Assembly: GCA_965237635.1 (NCBI GenBank)
Contig: CBDEFX010000002.1
Span: forward strand, 1,983,432 to 2,047,431
DNA length: 64,000 nt
Direction of reading: 5' to 3'
Source of the DNA: Dehalococcoidia bacterium
GTDB lineage: Bacteria > Chloroflexota > Dehalococcoidia > Lucifugimonadales > CAUZJF01
Part shown: piece by piece, positions 18,549 to 27,628 of the stretch
Layout of the letters: each line of letters starts with the position of its first letter
How positions within the stretch are numbered: the stretch's first letter is position 1
The notes under the pieces: model-generated
What the model was told of the DNA's origin: nothing
The model's database searches: none
Seen by the model: only the letters and a program-made list of their open reading frames with translations
Made by a program: the position numbers and the translations under genes

Positions 18549-19334
18549 ATGAAGCCAAGAAATCGCAGGAAGGACCCGCGAGTCGAGGTAATGGGGGTGA
18601 CGGGCCTGCCCGAGATCCAGGCCGGAGCGAGGCTTGGCGAACTAATCTCGGATGCAGCGAGAGCGCATGGCACCCCGATCGAGGACCGAGACATCCTCGT
18701 GGTTACTCAGAAGATAGTGTCCAAGGCCGAGGGTCGGCTGGTCCAACTCAGGACGGTGGACCCTTCACCACAAGCGACACAGCTTGCAGAGGAAACATCG
18801 CGCGACCCGCGGATCGTAGAGCTGATACTGAAGGAGAGCCGGTCAATCGTTAGAACGGACCCAGAGCGCGGCATCCTGATAACCGAGACCAGGCATGGCT
18901 TTGTCTGCGCCAACGCCGGCATCGATACGTCCAACGTACCCGGCGACGGGGTGGTGTCTCTCCTACCGGAAGACCCCGATCAGTCTGCCCGCAGGATTCA
19001 GGAAGAGGTGCTCAGCGCGGGCCCCGAGCTCTCGATAGCCGTGATTGTCTCCGATACATTCGGGCGGGCGTGGCGGGAGGGGCACGTTAATTTCGCGATC
19101 GGCGTCGCCGGCATGGACCCGATCAAGGACTACCGAGGAAGCGTCGACTCGTCCGGCAAGGTCCTCAGCGTGACCAGGATTGCAGTGGCCGATGAGCTGG
19201 CGTCGGCGGCCGAGCTCGTTATGGCTAAAGCAGACGGCGTACCGGTGGCGATCGTCAGAGGCTACCCCTACCCGCCTGGACTAGGCGATACTAAGGCCTT
19301 GATACGCGATCGGGCCACGGACCTGTTTCGCTAG
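18549..19334 (+). CDS. cofE: Coenzyme F420-0:L-glutamate ligase
   Basis: VEVMGVTGLPEIQAGARLGELI, DRDILVVTQKIVSKAEGRLV, ETRHGFVCANAGIDTSNVPG, VIVSDTFGRAWREGHVNFAIGVAGM, ADELASAAELVMAKADGVPVAIVRG. Start chosen at MKPRN; the track start is 18510. Confidence 0.85.
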   Translation: MKPRNRRKDPRVEVMGVTGLPEIQAGARLGELISDAARAHGTPIEDRDILVVTQKIVSKAEGRLVQLRTVDPSPQATQLAEETSRDPRIVELILKESRSIVRTDPERGILITETRHGFVCANAGIDTSNVPGDGVVSLLPEDPDQSARRIQEEVLSAGPELSIAVIVSDTFGRAWREGHVNFAIGVAGMDPIKDYRGSVDSSGKVLSVTRIAVADELASAAELVMAKADGVPVAIVRGYPYPPGLGDTKALIRDRATDLFR

Positions 19335-19365
19335 CGCTCTGTCAAAGCACCGCATCCTTACGCGC

Positions 19366-19399
19366 AAAAAATCACGGCCGCCAGGAAGACGGTCGTGAT
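19366..19399 (-). terminator. Candidate intrinsic terminator (hairpin + U-tract) after the 19428..19724 ORF
   Basis: The minus strand reads atcacgaccgtcttcctggcggccgtgat followed by tttttt. The stem has one mismatch. Confidence 0.45.
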
Positions 19400-19427
19400 C
19401 GAGAACCCAAGAATCTGTGTGACGAGG

Positions 19428-19724
19428 CTATTCGGCCTCCTCTTCGTCGAGGTCTCTTTGACTCTGGACCTCTTTCTTCGGGAAGCGACTGCCACCTGCC
19501 AACTGCTCCAGAGACACATCATAGCCCCAGGACGAGCCTTCAATGTAGTTCTGGAAGTCCCGCTCCTCGCCGCACCGTCGGCATACGCCCTTGCTCGTAC
19601 GACCAGCCGGCGCTTCTACCAGCCACTGATGCAGGCAAGCCGGGATTTCCAGAGCTTCTGGCCCTAGGTACGACCCTTGAACTGATGCTGACGAATCCAC
19701 TATCCCTAATACCTCCGAAGCCAC
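19428..19724 (-). CDS. Small hypothetical protein with one CxxC pair plus an upstream Cys (possible Zn-ribbon)
   Basis: 98 aa containing CLHQWLVEAPAGRTSKGVCRRCGEERDFQNY and an acidic tail. Confidence 0.4.
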   Translation of the reverse strand: MASEVLGIVDSSASVQGSYLGPEALEIPACLHQWLVEAPAGRTSKGVCRRCGEERDFQNYIEGSSWGYDVSLEQLAGGSRFPKKEVQSQRDLDEEEAE

Positions 19725-19828
19725 AATAATTAGAACGGTTGTATCACTAACTTAGATGCAAACTCTAGCAAAGGGGTTCGAGGGGTGTCAAGGAGTTTTG
19801 GTATCTCAAACCCTCGGGACGGAAGCAA

Positions 19829-20077
19829 CTATCGCGCGAGGGCGTCGAACGAAGCGACCACCGACTGAGGTTGGACCAAAGGACTATCGGCGTTGGAGCT
19901 CGCGCTTCGCTTCTTCGGCCTGCCGGCTTTCTGCTTCCCCTTTGGCCAATCGACGACGGTCTCGACCTTAACGTCTGATACGTGCCCACACTGGAGACAG
20001 GCGACGTATTCGCCAAACCTATCCTGTACCGCATATAGGTCTCCATGGCACCTTTGACAGCCTTTGATATCAAGCAT
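19829..20077 (-). CDS. Small Zn-ribbon protein (two CxxC pairs)
   Basis: MLDIKGCQRCHGDLYAVQDRFGEYVACLQCGHV followed by a basic tail. Confidence 0.45.
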   Translation of the reverse strand: MLDIKGCQRCHGDLYAVQDRFGEYVACLQCGHVSDVKVETVVDWPKGKQKAGRPKKRSASSNADSPLVQPQSVVASFDALAR

Positions 20078-20205
20078 CCAATTTCACCACAATATTCAAG
20101 CTGCCGCTGACACTCAGGATATTAGCAACAGGAGCGCGGAGCTGTCAAGCTTTTCATGCAATAATACAAAGAAAGGCTAACAAGGTCTTTTGTTGACAGT
20201 TCAAG

Positions 20206-20901
20206 GTGGCCCAACCTATACTACAGACCATGGAAGGCACTCGCCTACGTATTCTGCAACTATTGCAGAGAAATCAGAGCGATACCGTAGAGGGGCTGGC
20301 GAAGGCTATCGGCTTGGCCCCGGCTACCATACGGCGACACCTGGATATCCTGCAGCGTGACTCGCTGGTGGCGTTCCAGGAGGTGCGGAAGCGGACTGGG
20401 CGCCCCGAGTACTCGTTCTACTTGACGGAGAGTGGGCAAGAGGCGCTGCCGAAGGGGTACGATCAGCTCTTAGGCATGACCGTCCAGGCAATCTCGACGT
20501 TGACCGCAGAGGACACGAAGTCCAAGAACGGCCAGCAGGTCCTTGACCTCGTCTTCGGACGCCTAGCTCACCTCTTGGCCTCGACCTACGAGGGTGATCT
20601 GAAAGGCAGGGACCTATCCCAGCGGTTGTCCGCCTTGATGGGCCACCTGGGACAGGAGCACTTCCTGCCGGAGGCAGACGTCGCCGAAGGAACTCTTCGG
20701 ATCAAGCTTATCAACTGCCCGTTCAGATCGGTTGCTCTCCAGAACAAGGCAGTCTGCACATTTGATCTTAACCTCATCTCCTCGGTGCTCGACCTGGACG
20801 TGGAACGGGCCGAGTGCATCCACGACGGCGACGGTAGCTGCATGTATACCGCACCCCTTGGCCGGAAAGACCAGCAACTCCTCTCTGTCGCCACCTCGTG
20901 A
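20206..20901 (+). CDS. ArsR-like winged-HTH transcriptional regulator with a Cys/His-rich C-terminal domain
   Basis: TRLRILQLLQRNQSDTVEGLAKAIGLAPATIRRHLDILQRDSLV; C-terminal NCPF...C...CIHDGDGSC. Confidence 0.7.
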   Translation: MAQPILQTMEGTRLRILQLLQRNQSDTVEGLAKAIGLAPATIRRHLDILQRDSLVAFQEVRKRTGRPEYSFYLTESGQEALPKGYDQLLGMTVQAISTLTAEDTKSKNGQQVLDLVFGRLAHLLASTYEGDLKGRDLSQRLSALMGHLGQEHFLPEADVAEGTLRIKLINCPFRSVALQNKAVCTFDLNLISSVLDLDVERAECIHDGDGSCMYTAPLGRKDQQLLSVATS

Positions 20902-20930
20902 CCGGCTAGCGCTTTCAAGACTGCCCTCGC

Positions 20931-21305
20931 CTACGCTCGCTCTACGACTACTCGTTCTCCGGCTCGGACTTCCCTCAAAACCGTGGGGTCACCCTCTATC
21001 CTGCCGAGCACGTTAACCGGGCTCGCCGGTCTGATCTCGTCGCCGCTGCTGGCCGGGGTTGGCCCGAAAAACAGGCAGAAGGCCTGTCCCGGCGGCCAGT
21101 ATCCCAGGTCGCCCATCTCGACGACCTCACGAGCGTCGTCCTCCTCGGCCTGGACGGGCGTCCTGAAGTAGATCTCGTCTCCCCAGGTGCTTCCGGAGGC
21201 CTCGATCGGCAGCTCTGCCCATACGAGGTCAGCGGTGCGACTGTCGTTCAGGAGCGCCGTTACCTCTACGTCACCGGTGGAAATCTTTATGCTGCGCTCC
21301 TTCAT
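20931..21305 (-). CDS. Cyclophilin-like fold protein (TM1367-like family)
   Basis: MKERSIKISTGDVEVTALLNDSRTADLVWAELPIEASGSTWGDEIYF...DLGYWPPGQAFCLFFGPTPAS...RPASPVNVLGRIEGD. The track start at 21338 is an extension. Confidence 0.55.
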   Translation of the reverse strand: MKERSIKISTGDVEVTALLNDSRTADLVWAELPIEASGSTWGDEIYFRTPVQAEEDDAREVVEMGDLGYWPPGQAFCLFFGPTPASSGDEIRPASPVNVLGRIEGDPTVLREVRAGERVVVERA

Positions 21306-21371
21306 ATTTTTCCCCTCCAACGCGACCCTGTGTTGCATGAGACGAGGTCTTGTGGAATATGTCTAGTGGTT

Positions 21372-21395
21372 AGGGGCACGGCATGCCGTGCCCCT
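21372..21395. repeat. Perfect GC-rich palindrome (REP-like), AGGGGCACGGCATGCCGTGCCCCT
   Basis: 24-nt perfect palindrome followed by AC, the same ...GCCCCTAC ending as the element at 22120-22140. Confidence 0.7.
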
Positions 21396-21445
21396 ACGTC
21401 AACCGATGTCACCCTTCCCAAAGATTCGTGCGTTAACTGCCGGGC

Positions 21446-21955
21446 CTACATGCACTCCTCGAGCCGCCCCGGGTAATCACCTACCCGTTGCCCTAACCGA
21501 TCGCGCTTAGTCGCAATCTCACCGATGTGATAGTAATGGTGAGCACAGCCCCGTAGAATGGCGTACCGAAGGCTCAGACCCGTCTCACGTAAACGAGATT
21601 TGGAGCCATCATAGGGGACCGTAAGATCGAGATCGCTTTCGCTGAACACCTCCAGGTAGCTCCGAATGGTCTGCCGGACCTCGAGAACGCCGTCCTTGAT
21701 CGACTGCCAGTCGTCGGCTACGCCAGTGCCGCCGAAGCGGAATCGCTCCTGGCCAATGAAGGAGTGAGGAGCAAGTTGTTGGAACCTGAAGTTAATGAAG
21801 TTATCTACCTGATTCGTCACATGGGCCAACGTCCAGCCGAATGAGCTTCCACCGTCGAAGTTCTGAATAGCTTGGGCATCATCAAGATTGTCTAATACGC
21901 GGTCGGAGTCGTTCCACGCCTCGAAAAGCAGTCCGACGATCTTGCTCTTGGCCAC
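21446..21955 (-). CDS. DinB-family (DinB_2) four-helix-bundle protein
   Basis: WTLAHVTNQVDNFINFRF and CAHHYYHIGEIATKRD are the His-containing helices typical of DinB. The start is proposed at GTG 21955, preceded by GGGGAAAGG; the track start is 22027. Confidence 0.65.
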   Translation of the reverse strand: MAKSKIVGLLFEAWNDSDRVLDNLDDAQAIQNFDGGSSFGWTLAHVTNQVDNFINFRFQQLAPHSFIGQERFRFGGTGVADDWQSIKDGVLEVRQTIRSYLEVFSESDLDLTVPYDGSKSRLRETGLSLRYAILRGCAHHYYHIGEIATKRDRLGQRVGDYPGRLEECM

Positions 21956-22119
21956 GGCCTTTCCCCTCTGTGAATCTATTTGGGCAATGTTACCACGCGC
22001 ACGAAGGCAACGAGCACGGCTATCCACCCGAGGTGTTGACAGGACTCAGGGGGCGTGGCTTAGTATCAAGCCTTGACCCAGTGGAGCATGAGAGGGCTAA
22101 GGCAGATCGGGTCGCGATA

Positions 22120-22140
22120 GGGCAGGTTTGAAACCTGCCC
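22120..22140. repeat. REP-like hairpin GGGCAGGTTTGAAACCTGCCC
   Basis: Seen directly. It has the same CCCCTAC 3' flank as the 21372 element. Confidence 0.65.
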
Positions 22141-22205
22141 CTACAGTACTGGAACGTGCGGTGTTAGCATTGAGTACGCCAAAGCAAACCGAGTGAGAGA
22201 CGAAG

Positions 22206-22299
22206 ACTATTCCGTCGGCGACATGGCGGACCTAAGTGCTTTCGAGGAAGCGGGGTTTGACATGGCCGTTTCATACCTCACACTGGTGGACGTACTTAG
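22206..22299 (+). pseudogene. Class I SAM-methyltransferase remnant, upstream piece (split by IS1380 copy 1)
   Basis: DYSVGDMADLSAFEEAGFDMAVSYLTLVDVL is the region following the SAM-binding motif in class I methyltransferases. No motif I is found upstream; a REP element lies there instead. Confidence 0.6.
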
Positions 22300-24017
22300 C
22301 CCGAATCCACCGAAGGAGGGCGTCGGGTTAGCGTCCTGAGGCGGCAAGAAGGCGCTCCTGTGCTTCTGGGATAATGGTTTTGTAGCAAAAAAACGGCCCC
22401 GGAAAAGGAGCACCCAGTAGATGCTGCCACGCAACCACCCCGACCGGATCCAAATCACCTTCGACGACCGCCGCTTGGTGGCCAATGCCGGGCTGCTCCT
22501 TCCGGCCACCCTGGCGCGGCACCTCGGCCTGCCCGAACTCGTCCGGCAGCGCCTCGACCTGGGCGATGCCCCGGGGCGGGCGAACACGAGCGACAAGATG
22601 ATGACGCTGATGGCGTCTGCGCTGGCTGGGGGCGACTGCATTGACGACGCCGATGTGTTGCGCACCGAGGGGACGGCCTGCACCCTGGGCGGCACGGTCA
22701 AGGCGCCATCCACCCTGGGCACCTTCCTGCGCAGCTTCCGGTGGGGCCACGTCCGTCAACTCGACCGGGTGAGCCGCGAGTTGCTGGCCCGGGCTTGGCA
22801 GGCCGGGGCGGGACCCGGCGACGGGCCCCTGACCATTGACCTGGACTCCACCATCTGCGAGACCTACGGACTGGCCAAGGAGGGCGCCCACCACCACGGC
22901 TATACCGGCAAGCGGGGCTACCACCCGCTGCCGGCCATCGCCGCCGGCACCGGAGACGTACTGATGTCCCGGCTGCGCGAGGGCCGGGCCAACACCGCCC
23001 GCGGCGCCGCCCACTTCCTGCGGGAGACGGTGGGACGGGTGCGCTACGCCGGGGCCGACGGACGACTCACGCTACGGGCCGACAGCGGGTTCTACACTCA
23101 TGGCGTGGTATCCGTCTGCCGCAAGATGGATGTCCGCTTCTCCATCACCATCCGCCAGCACAAAAGCCTGCACAATCTCATCGAGGCGATACCCGAAGAT
23201 GCCTGGACGCCGATTCCTTACTGGATGGACGGTGCCGCCGATGTGGCCGAGACCACCTGCACCCCCTTCCAGGCCGAGGCGGACGCCGCGCCGGTACGGC
23301 TCATCGTCCGGCGGGTGAAGCCGACGCCTGGTTCCCAACTGGCCCTCTTCGCCAAATACAGCTATCATGGCTTCATCACCGACCGGGACGGGGAGTTGCT
23401 CGAACTGGAGGCTGACCATCGCCGCCACGCCGAGATCGAGAATGCCATACGCGACCTCAAGTACGGCGTCGGGCTGAACCATCTCCCCTCGGGCCGCTTC
23501 GCCGCCAACGGCGCCTGGCTGGCCGTCCAGACGATGGCCCACAACCTGGCCCGCTGGACGGCGCGGATCGGTCTGGGAGAGCGGATAGCCACCACCAAGA
23601 CCCTCCGGCGGCGGTTCTTCTCCCTGGCCGGACGGCTCACCCGCTCGGCACGCCGGTTGACCCTGCATCTTCCGGATCGCTGGCCTTGGGCTGAGAAGTT
23701 CAGCCGCGCCTTGGCCCGGCTGCGAGCCATTCCACTCCCGGCCTGACGGCACCGTCGGCGACCGACCCACCCACCGGACAACCGAAGATCCCCGCAGACT
23801 CGTGCCAGCCCGGTCCGAGAGAGTTCCCTGCTGCGTATTCTCTCGCCTCCCGCGCATCGCAGCTCCCGCAGACGGCCATAGGGGCCCCTGTGCGGCGATG
23901 AAGACCGTCCGCCGACCTCCCTACCCCAAATGGAACCCAGGCTATTTCCCCTGTAGCTCCCTCACCCCCCTTCCGCTTTCCTCACGCCGTCCATCGGTGT
24001 CCTTCGGTGGATTCGGG
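22300..24017 (+). mobile_element. IS1380-family insertion sequence, copy 1 (IR to IR)
   Basis: 18-bp terminal inverted repeats CCCGAATCCACCGAAGGA (22300-22317; reverse complement at 24000-24017) around a 441-aa transposase. It is near-identical to copy 2 at 57275-58993. The flanking pentamers are CTTAG and GTAAG. Confidence 0.85.
22421..23746 (+). CDS. IS1380-family DDE transposase
   Basis: 441 aa, MLPRNHPDRIQITFDDRRLVANAGLLLPATLARHLGL... The long opposite-strand ORFs are GC shadows. It differs from copy 2 at only a few residues. Confidence 0.85.
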   Translation: MLPRNHPDRIQITFDDRRLVANAGLLLPATLARHLGLPELVRQRLDLGDAPGRANTSDKMMTLMASALAGGDCIDDADVLRTEGTACTLGGTVKAPSTLGTFLRSFRWGHVRQLDRVSRELLARAWQAGAGPGDGPLTIDLDSTICETYGLAKEGAHHHGYTGKRGYHPLPAIAAGTGDVLMSRLREGRANTARGAAHFLRETVGRVRYAGADGRLTLRADSGFYTHGVVSVCRKMDVRFSITIRQHKSLHNLIEAIPEDAWTPIPYWMDGAADVAETTCTPFQAEADAAPVRLIVRRVKPTPGSQLALFAKYSYHGFITDRDGELLELEADHRRHAEIENAIRDLKYGVGLNHLPSGRFAANGAWLAVQTMAHNLARWTARIGLGERIATTKTLRRRFFSLAGRLTRSARRLTLHLPDRWPWAEKFSRALARLRAIPLPA

Positions 24018-24022
24018 GTAAG

Positions 24023-24394
24023 GCTGGAGTCGGCCGTCGGCGAGGCATACCGTGTGTTGCGGCCCGGCGGGCGGTTCATCGTCTGCAACCTCCATCCGAT
24101 GGTCAGTGCGGGAAACGGCTGGATCCGACACGGTACGACAAAGTTGCACTTCAAGCTGGACGACTACTTCGACGAGGGAACTCGAGAGATGAGGTGGAGG
24201 GGTAAGACGTTGACTAACTTTCACCGCAGCCTGTCCAGCTATGTGAGCTCCTTTCTCGAAACCGGGTTCATTTTGGACGGCACATAAGGGAACCGATGCC
24301 TTCCCCGGAGCAGGCTGTGGAGTATCCATACATCGCGGACAACCTTCGAGTGCCCGAATTCATAATCTATCTGCTGCGCAAGCCGTTTAAATAG
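24023..24394 (+). pseudogene. Class I SAM-methyltransferase remnant, downstream piece (with an additional frameshift near 24283)
   Basis: LESAVGEAYRVLRPGGRFIVCNLHP...SSFLETGFILDGT*, then in the +1 frame REPMPSPEQAVEYPYIADNLRVPEFIIYLLRKPFK*. Joining 22299 to 24023 restores the frame (gac gta ctt agg ctg gag). Confidence 0.65.
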
Positions 24395-24420
24395 AGGCGG
24401 CCAGCAAACAGGAGACAGAA

Positions 24421-25473
24421 ATGCAGACATTGCCTGCCGATAGGCTTGAAAATATCGCAGTGAGGTTGCTTGAAGGCGCGGGCGCCAGCGAGGATGAGGC
24501 CGCTACCGTATCGAGGCACAGTATCGGTGCCAACCTTGCCGGGCACGACTCCCACGGCATCATCCAGATTCCGAGATACATCGATCGCATGAAGCAGGGC
24601 GACATCGTGCCCGGCGCGGCATGGGAGATCGTGAGCGAGACGGCTACGACGACTGTGGTTGACGGCAACTGGGGGTTTGGATACGTAGTCTCAGAAAGGG
24701 CGATGCAGGCAACGATCGACAAAGCCAGGCGGAGCAACGTCGCCACGGCGACCGTGTTTGCGCAGAGCCACGTCGGACGGGTAACGGACTACCCCTTGAT
24801 GGCTGCCGAGGCAGGCATGATCGGCATGATGACGGCCGATTCGGGCAAGTCCGCCAAGCAGGTGGCGCCGTTCGGGGGCCGCGAGCCGCGACTCGGGACC
24901 AATCCTATCTGTATGGCAGTCCCCAGCAACCTGGACGGGCCCCTTTTCATCGACATCGCCACCAGCGCGGCGGCCGAAGGCAAGGTCCGTGTCGCCGCCG
25001 CCAGGGGCTCGGCCATTCCTGAGAGCTGGGTCCTGGACAGCAACGGGAACCCTACCACCGACCCGGAGGCCTACTTCCAGGGCGGCACCCTGCTGCCACT
25101 TGGAGGCGCCGAGGGACACAAGGGCTACGGCCTCGGCGTTATGGTCGAGATCCTCTCCTGCCTCCTGACGGGGCTGGGGTTCGGAATCGACCCGTCCGGG
25201 CGTCACAACGACGGCTGCTTCATGGCGGCGTTCAACGTCGAGGCGTTCCGTCCGCTTGACCAGTTCAAACAAGAGGTCACCGACTTTGCCCACTACCTGA
25301 AGTCCTCACCTCCGGCCGCCGGCTTCGACGAGGTCTACTACCCTGGGGAGCTCGAGCACCTCGGCACCCAGCGGAGGCTGAAAGACGGCATCGAGGTCGA
25401 GGACGCCACCTGGCAGCAGTTAGTCGAGCTCGCTGAGGAGTACGGATTGGCCGATGAGTTGGGGATGAACTAG
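24421..25473 (+). CDS. Ldh_2 family (malate/L-lactate/sulfolactate dehydrogenase-like) oxidoreductase
   Basis: 350 aa with GHDSHGI, SHVGRV, FGG.EPRLGTNPI and GHKGYGLG motifs. Confidence 0.8.
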   Translation: MQTLPADRLENIAVRLLEGAGASEDEAATVSRHSIGANLAGHDSHGIIQIPRYIDRMKQGDIVPGAAWEIVSETATTTVVDGNWGFGYVVSERAMQATIDKARRSNVATATVFAQSHVGRVTDYPLMAAEAGMIGMMTADSGKSAKQVAPFGGREPRLGTNPICMAVPSNLDGPLFIDIATSAAAEGKVRVAAARGSAIPESWVLDSNGNPTTDPEAYFQGGTLLPLGGAEGHKGYGLGVMVEILSCLLTGLGFGIDPSGRHNDGCFMAAFNVEAFRPLDQFKQEVTDFAHYLKSSPPAAGFDEVYYPGELEHLGTQRRLKDGIEVEDATWQQLVELAEEYGLADELGMN

Positions 25474-25516
25474 CAGCTAGAGACGCAGTCCCAGACCTTT
25501 TTTGGAGGAATACTCA

Positions 25517-25993
25517 ATGGCAGAACGGAGATACTGGCTTTTCAAGTCCGAGCCCACATCCTACTCGTTCGCGGACCTCATGAGTGAGCCTGACTAGACA
25601 GCAGAGTGGGACGGCGTTCGCAATTACCAAGCCCGGAACTTCCTTCGCGACGAGGTCAAGGTCGGAGACGGCGTGCTCTTCTATCACTCGAGCGCCGATC
25701 CGACGGCCGTCGTGGGTACGGCGGTCGTCGTCCGTGACGGCTATCCCGACGACACCGCCTGGGACCCGGACTCCGACCACCCAGACCCCAAGAGCACACC
25801 CGAAAAACCGGTCTGGTACATGGTGGACATCAAAGGGGAGATGGAACTTGCTAGGGCGGTGACGCTCGCCGAGATCAAGACTCACCCCGACCTGGCCGAT
25901 ATCTCGCTGTTCAAGAGGCCGCGGATCTCTTTCCACCCCATCACGAAGGCCGAGTGGGACATCATCCTCGAGATGGGTGGGGAGACAGCGTAG
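25517..25993 (+). pseudogene. EVE (PUA-like) domain protein interrupted by an in-frame TAG at 25595-25597
   Basis: MAERRYWLFKSEPTSYSFADLMSEPD * TAEWDGVRNYQARNFLRDEVKVGDGVLFYHSSADPTAVVGTAVVV...VDIK...L..IK......L.L.KR.RISFHPIT..EW. Both sides are in one frame (25517 and 25673 are congruent mod 3). Confidence 0.7.
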
Positions 25994-26004
25994 CAGGGCT
26001 GAGC

Positions 26005-26095
26005 GCTGGTGCTCCGTTCGTGGTGAGCTCCGACAGGAGTCGCCCCGATGCCCGCATCGGGGGACTTGTCGAACCACGGAGCCGCAAGCGTCCTT
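26005..26095. repeat. REP-like palindromic element, family A
   Basis: ctccgttcgtggtgagctccgacaggagtcgccccgatgcccgcatcgggggacttgtcgaacc; compare 32385-32500. Confidence 0.7.
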
Positions 26096-26100
26096 GCTTC

Positions 26101-27210
26101 CTACACCCTGCCTGCGATCACGTCGCCCATTTCGACCGTCTTGACCAGGTCACCACCGTCGGCCGCGATATCCGGGGTCCGGTAGCCCTCGGCGAGTACG
26201 CCTTCCACCGACCGCTCGACCGCAAGGGCCTCTTCCTCTAGCCCGAAAGAGTAGCGCAGCATCATCGCCATACTTAGGATGGACCCGATCGGGTTGGCTA
26301 TTCCCTGGCCGGCGATGTCCGGAGCGGTGCCGTGGATCGGCTCGTAGAGAGCTCTTGTCGAGGCTGACGCGGACCGCCGTCTGGCTCCCGCCGCCGGAAG
26401 CCCAGCGAGGCTGGCCGATGGCAACATGCCCAGCGATCCAGTGAGCACGGCGGCTTCGTCCGAGAGTATGTCACCGAAGGTGTTCTCGGCCACGATAACG
26501 TCGAATCGCGCGGGACTTGTGACCAGTTGCATCGAAAGGTTATCGACCAGTATGTGCTCGATCTCGACGTCCGGATATTCCTCCGACATCTCGACGGCTA
26601 TCTCTCGCCACAGCCTAGAGGACTCCAAAACGTTGGCCTTGTCAGCGGATACCAGGTGCTTGCGTCGCTGTCGGGCTAACTCAAAGGCAACGCGCAGAAT
26701 GCGCTCGATCTCGCGTTCTGAGTACCGGAGGGTGTCCACTCCTCGGCGGCCACGTGACGTCTGCCAGCGCCTCTTGGGCCGTGCGAAATACAGCCCACCG
26801 GTCAGCTCCCGGACGATAAGCACGTCTACACCCTTGAGAAGATGCGGTTTGATCGGGCTCGAATTGATGAGGGACGGGTAGACCTTGACCGGCCTAAGGT
26901 TCGCGAACACTTTCATGCCCTTCCGAAGCGCCAACATGCCATCTTCGGGCCTGGTCTTGGCGTCCGGGCTGTCCCACTTTGGCCCACCGACCGCCCCGAA
27001 CAGCACGGCATCCGTGCTCTCGGACATGGCGGCCGTCTCATCAGGCAGGGCTGTGCCAAAGTCGTCTATGGCGTTGCCCCCTACCCTGCCATAACTGAGA
27101 TCGAAGACGTGGCCGAACCTCGAGCTCACGGCGTCCAGAACCTTCAGGGCCTCAGCCGTAACCTCCGGCCCAACGCCGTCTCCGGGCATCACGGCGATCG
27201 AGAATTTCAT
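26101..27210 (-). CDS. leuB: 3-isopropylmalate dehydrogenase
   Basis: MKFSIAVMPGDGVGPEV, LRKGMKVFANLRP, VDVLIVRELTGGLYF, NTFGDILSDEAAVLTGSLGMLPSASL, YEPIHGTAPDIAGQGIANP. Confidence 0.95.
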   Translation of the reverse strand: MKFSIAVMPGDGVGPEVTAEALKVLDAVSSRFGHVFDLSYGRVGGNAIDDFGTALPDETAAMSESTDAVLFGAVGGPKWDSPDAKTRPEDGMLALRKGMKVFANLRPVKVYPSLINSSPIKPHLLKGVDVLIVRELTGGLYFARPKRRWQTSRGRRGVDTLRYSEREIERILRVAFELARQRRKHLVSADKANVLESSRLWREIAVEMSEEYPDVEIEHILVDNLSMQLVTSPARFDVIVAENTFGDILSDEAAVLTGSLGMLPSASLAGLPAAGARRRSASASTRALYEPIHGTAPDIAGQGIANPIGSILSMAMMLRYSFGLEEEALAVERSVEGVLAEGYRTPDIAADGGDLVKTVEMGDVIAGRV

Positions 27211-27329
27211 CCATCCCTCTTTCTAGCAGGCTCGCTGACGTCACGGCACTGGAGTATTATATGCGAAACGCCGCCGCCGCGAGGGCATGCCACTTCACGA
27301 CGAAGTCGATGATATCATTGAGAGCAGCA

Positions 27330-27545
27330 ATGAAGTTTCACTACTACCCTGAGACGGACTCCCTCTACATAGACCTATCTGAGAGGGTAGGTACGGACGC
27401 CCGCGAGGTAGCGCGCGGTGTGGCGCTCGACTTCGACACCGACGGGCAGCTTGTAGGCATCGACAACGCCAGCAAGATAGTCGACCTCTCGCGCCTAGAG
27501 GCCGAGGCCCTGCCGGTGAGCAACCTGTCGGTATCCCAACGGTAA
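27330..27545 (+). CDS. DUF2283-family small protein
   Basis: MKFHYYPETDSLYIDLSERVGTDAREVARGVALDFDTDGQLVGIDNASK is the typical DUF2283 pattern. The track start at 27261 is an extension. Confidence 0.7.
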   Translation: MKFHYYPETDSLYIDLSERVGTDAREVARGVALDFDTDGQLVGIDNASKIVDLSRLEAEALPVSNLSVSQR

Positions 27546-27628
27546 CGCTGCCTGCATGGTCGATATCTCGTCTATAGGCATGGGCAGTTTTGAGGTAAGT
27601 CATTTCAGGCGCCGGTGGGACCCAGAAC

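Noticed and set aside
3492-25597. Genome-wide amber (TAG) recoding or pyrrolysine as the explanation for the in-frame TAGs in the response regulator and the EVE gene
   Set aside because: TAG is the most frequent genuine stop among conserved genes in this window (leuS, leuB, argC, folB, cofE, Ldh_2, NUDIX, GYD, DinB, AAC(3) and others). No Pyl genes or suppressor tRNA are visible here. Nonsense mutation or consensus heterogeneity is the simpler explanation.
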